From Blastocystis sp. subtype 4 (taxonomy: Eukaryota), in contig NW_014569470.1 in NCBI RefSeq assembly GCF_000743755.1, positions 1 to 37,590 of the forward strand: a stretch of DNA of 37,590 bases, read 5' to 3'. Below are positions 34,887 to 37,590 of this stretch, piece by piece. The notes beneath the pieces were generated by a model. It saw nothing but the letters and a program-made list of their open reading frames with translations, ran no database searches and was not told the origin of the DNA. A program made the translations under genes and the position numbers. Position 1 is the first letter of the stretch; every line of letters starts with the position of its first letter.

Positions 34887-37149
34887 ACATTGTCAGACGA
34901 GTCTCACGTACACAAGAGTCATCTCCACAACTGTAGATCACATTATTACTTGACCATTCCACACAGAATACACCTCCTGGATGCATCTGAGGACGCTCAT
35001 GGATCTCACGAGGTGAATCCAAATTCCACACAACAAGATTGCCATCAACTGAGCCTGATACCAGACGACGACCATCTGGGGACCAGCTTATTGCTGTCAC
35101 ATTGCTCTGGTGAGCCATCCACTTTCTCTACACATGATCTCTCGATTTTGTCTATCACTGTCACAAGTGGCTCCTTCTCACCAATCTTGTAAACCTTGAT
35201 ATCCCGTCCAGCATCTCCCGAAGCAATGTGAGAGCCATCAGGTGAGAGAGAGACAACAGTAATGCGTTGACCTTGAGGTTAGTCTATCCAAATATACTCA
35301 CGATGATATTCCAGCTCGTGATTCGCTGACTCACACTCAAATTCGATCTTACCAGATTGGAGCGAATATACATCAATACACTGTTTCTTGTTCTTTTCTA
35401 CAGCAACCACAGCACGCAATCCATTCTCATCCATATCTGCAGCCTCAACTTCTTGAGGAAGCATGTATGTATCAACCAATTGCTGTCCCTCAAACAGGTA
35501 CATTCGACTAGGATTCATTCCCATTCCATTCACCTACTGGCCACACACTACCAACGATGTGCTTCCGGCAGTACGAAGAACCATAGGTTGTTCTTCCAGT
35601 TTTACCGCAGCCAATTCCTCGAGAGTGTGCAGATCGGTGAAACGTACTGTATCATCCCTATAATGAAGAAAAGAATTCAATCCTACCAGCCAATAGACAC
35701 ACATACACCATTCGCTTCTACTGCTCCATTACAATTACCCTTATGACGCTATGAATCATCGTATCTCCTCATACTCACCGTCACCACACGAGCACGGCCT
35801 TCTGACCATTCCAATACACGGCCATCACTACCTGCAGTCAGGACTGTTCCAATATTCTTGGCGACATGACATGTATTCACAGCTCCCTGATGACCGATCA
35901 ACGTAGTATAGCTGGATGCTCCATCCTCAATGAGATTCAGATCCGAGTTCAGCGATACTGATACACGTAATGATCCCAAACAATCCACTATGGCATAACC
36001 TTCTATACTCATTCCTACACCCTAACTGATTGTAATCTAATGATTTCCCATCTCCAATACTGAGGGTCTTCTCACAAGCACCTGTATTGATATTCCAATA
36101 CTATGATTCACTCAATCACTCTTCAATCACCTTCACTGTATCATCAGCTGATGCAGTATAGAAGTGCTGATTATCAGGATCCCAACCAACACCATAGATA
36201 CCCTTCTGATGGGCAGATTCCATCGGAAGCGTACGTAAGAACTCGCCTGTCTGACTATCAAAGACAATTCTCTTTCCTACCTTTCCATCGAAGACGTTGA
36301 TTGTCTTATCTACAGACACAGAAACGAAGAAGGTTCCATCAGGAGAATAACTAGATTACAGAGTGAAGAGATAGGTACCGAACAGCATGAACGAAGTTCT
36401 TGTGATGGGGATCAGAGTGATCGAACTTAAATGGGGGACCTTGATAGAAAGCAACAGTCATATCATCAGAAGAAGACACAAGACGATAGGGTCTGCAAGG
36501 ACGGAAATCCACACTATTGACACTACGCGAATGGCCCGTGAATTCACCCAAATCTGATCCAGTGTCCCACATCACAGCACGGATTAAACGACCATGACCA
36601 TCACCACAAATTGCAATTCGTTTGCTCTCGCAATCCCACATAATGTCGCGAACTTCAACGCCTACGCAATTGATCTATGATATCATATCACATTTCCACA
36701 ACAACTTCCTTCTTCAAAGGATGCTCCTCATTATCCAAGGACCAGACACGAACCTTTCCATCAATATCTGGATATCACCATCTTTCAAGCCATTTCATAC
36801 CACCAGAAGCGATATAATGTTGATTTGGGCTAATTCGGACAACAGTGGAATAAAGGAAGCAATGTTAATAGAATCAGATTCTACTAAGGATATGTTACGC
36901 GTTTTCTATGCTCATAATAGACAAAACCTTGGGATGGATTCTATTCTCACAAGACGATGAATTCTCTCACTTTTGTATTGCGAACAATTACATTCGTTCC
37001 AGATCCATAAGCAATAGTCTCACCATCGGGAGAGATACCGATCTTCGTGGCTTGACCTCGTTGGGTATATGGATTCGGGAAGAACGTTTGCTCTATACGC
37101 TGATTAGCACTCTTGCTGTCGTCCTACGTATGTCAAAAGAGAAGGACAT
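34887..37149 (-). CDS. WDR1: WD40 actin-interacting protein 1 (AIP1/WDR1)
   Basis: Spliced FFPNPYTQRGQATKI...NVIVRN...YYEHRKRVTVVRISPNQHYIASGD; WDCESKRIAICGDG; WDTGSDLGEFTGHS; RPCRPYRLVSSSDDMTVAFYQGPPFKF; H.KGIYGVGW; end placed at the predicted poly(A)-completed stop. Confidence 0.92.
36845..36893 (-). other. U12-type (minor spliceosome) AT-AC intron, 49 nt
   Basis: 5' end ATATCCTT, 3' end CCAC; removal joins AC|T and restores the WDR1 frame. Confidence 0.9.
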
Positions 37150-37189
37150 GAGACAGGATAAAAGTGTAAAGAAAACGGAACAGGAATTG

Positions 37190-37590
37190 ATGAAACGACT
37201 TGATGTGAGTTTGTTGGACGTCAATCATTGTAGTGTGTTTGGAATAGCTAGTTTTCGCTGGAAACATGTTTGATAAGTCATTAGTACAATCTCCTTCAAT
37301 CTTGTCGAATTGATAGATACACACGTAAAAAGAAGCTTTGGTATATTGTCGTTGATATCATAACAATTGGCTCACCAAACACACGAATAATCACTCTCTT
37401 CCTCAAAGGAACGAATCTGGATTCCTATTATTTGTTCTGTACTTCTGAAAAGCATCGTTCATTGACCTTTCTTCTCAGTTTTGAAAGACCTGTCAAAAGA
37501 TCCTTCTCCTTCCTGAACAGTCACTTAAACATCAGTACAATCATTTGAGATGAATCGAAGGTTCGATAAGATAGAATAGAAGACAGAAAG
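37190..37590 (+). CDS. Possible 5' part of an unknown gene divergent from WDR1
   Basis: Stop-free frame of 87 codons at 37285-37545 following a TAG acceptor; upstream exon junction unresolved; no recognisable motif. Confidence 0.3.

Noticed and set aside
1..37590. Alternative genetic code or pseudogenes explaining frequent in-frame stops
   Set aside because: The stops examined fall within ~30 nt introns; splicing restores frames under the standard code.
1..37590. tRNA, rRNA or transposable elements
   Set aside because: None recognised by eye and intergenic gaps are under about 350 nt; small ncRNAs cannot be excluded without an Infernal search.

Overview
This is gene-dense eukaryotic nuclear DNA, not prokaryotic. 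It holds about 21 complete protein-coding genes plus partial genes at both edges, split by many ~29-34 nt GT-AG introns, with tiny intergenic gaps. The intron size and a recurrent TGTTTGTT element at gene 3' ends point to the gut stramenopile Blastocystis (inference). Genes in order: RPS7 3' end, Nup50/Nup2, unknown membrane protein, R2R3-Myb, Sec24, coiled-coil protein, atypical MsrA, UVR/coiled-coil protein with DMFxGM repeats, HSP20-like, proteasome beta-2, symplekin, secreted C45 hydrolase, epsin, CCDC43, PAK kinase, MRH+EGF receptor, Hook, PepD, multi-bromodomain protein, USP8/AMSH-N-domain protein and WDR1/AIP1. Main signals: (1) several genes appear to get their stop codon from poly(A) addition 4 nt upstream of TGTTTGTT-like elements; (2) all six convergent gene pairs place their two elements back-to-back, 0-3 nt apart; (3) a U12-type AT-AC intron in WDR1; (4) a CCGCGG-core palindrome upstream of many start codons; (5) an MsrA with Ser at the catalytic Cys position and a CaaX tail. 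Exon structures were assembled by eye, and CDS spans include introns.
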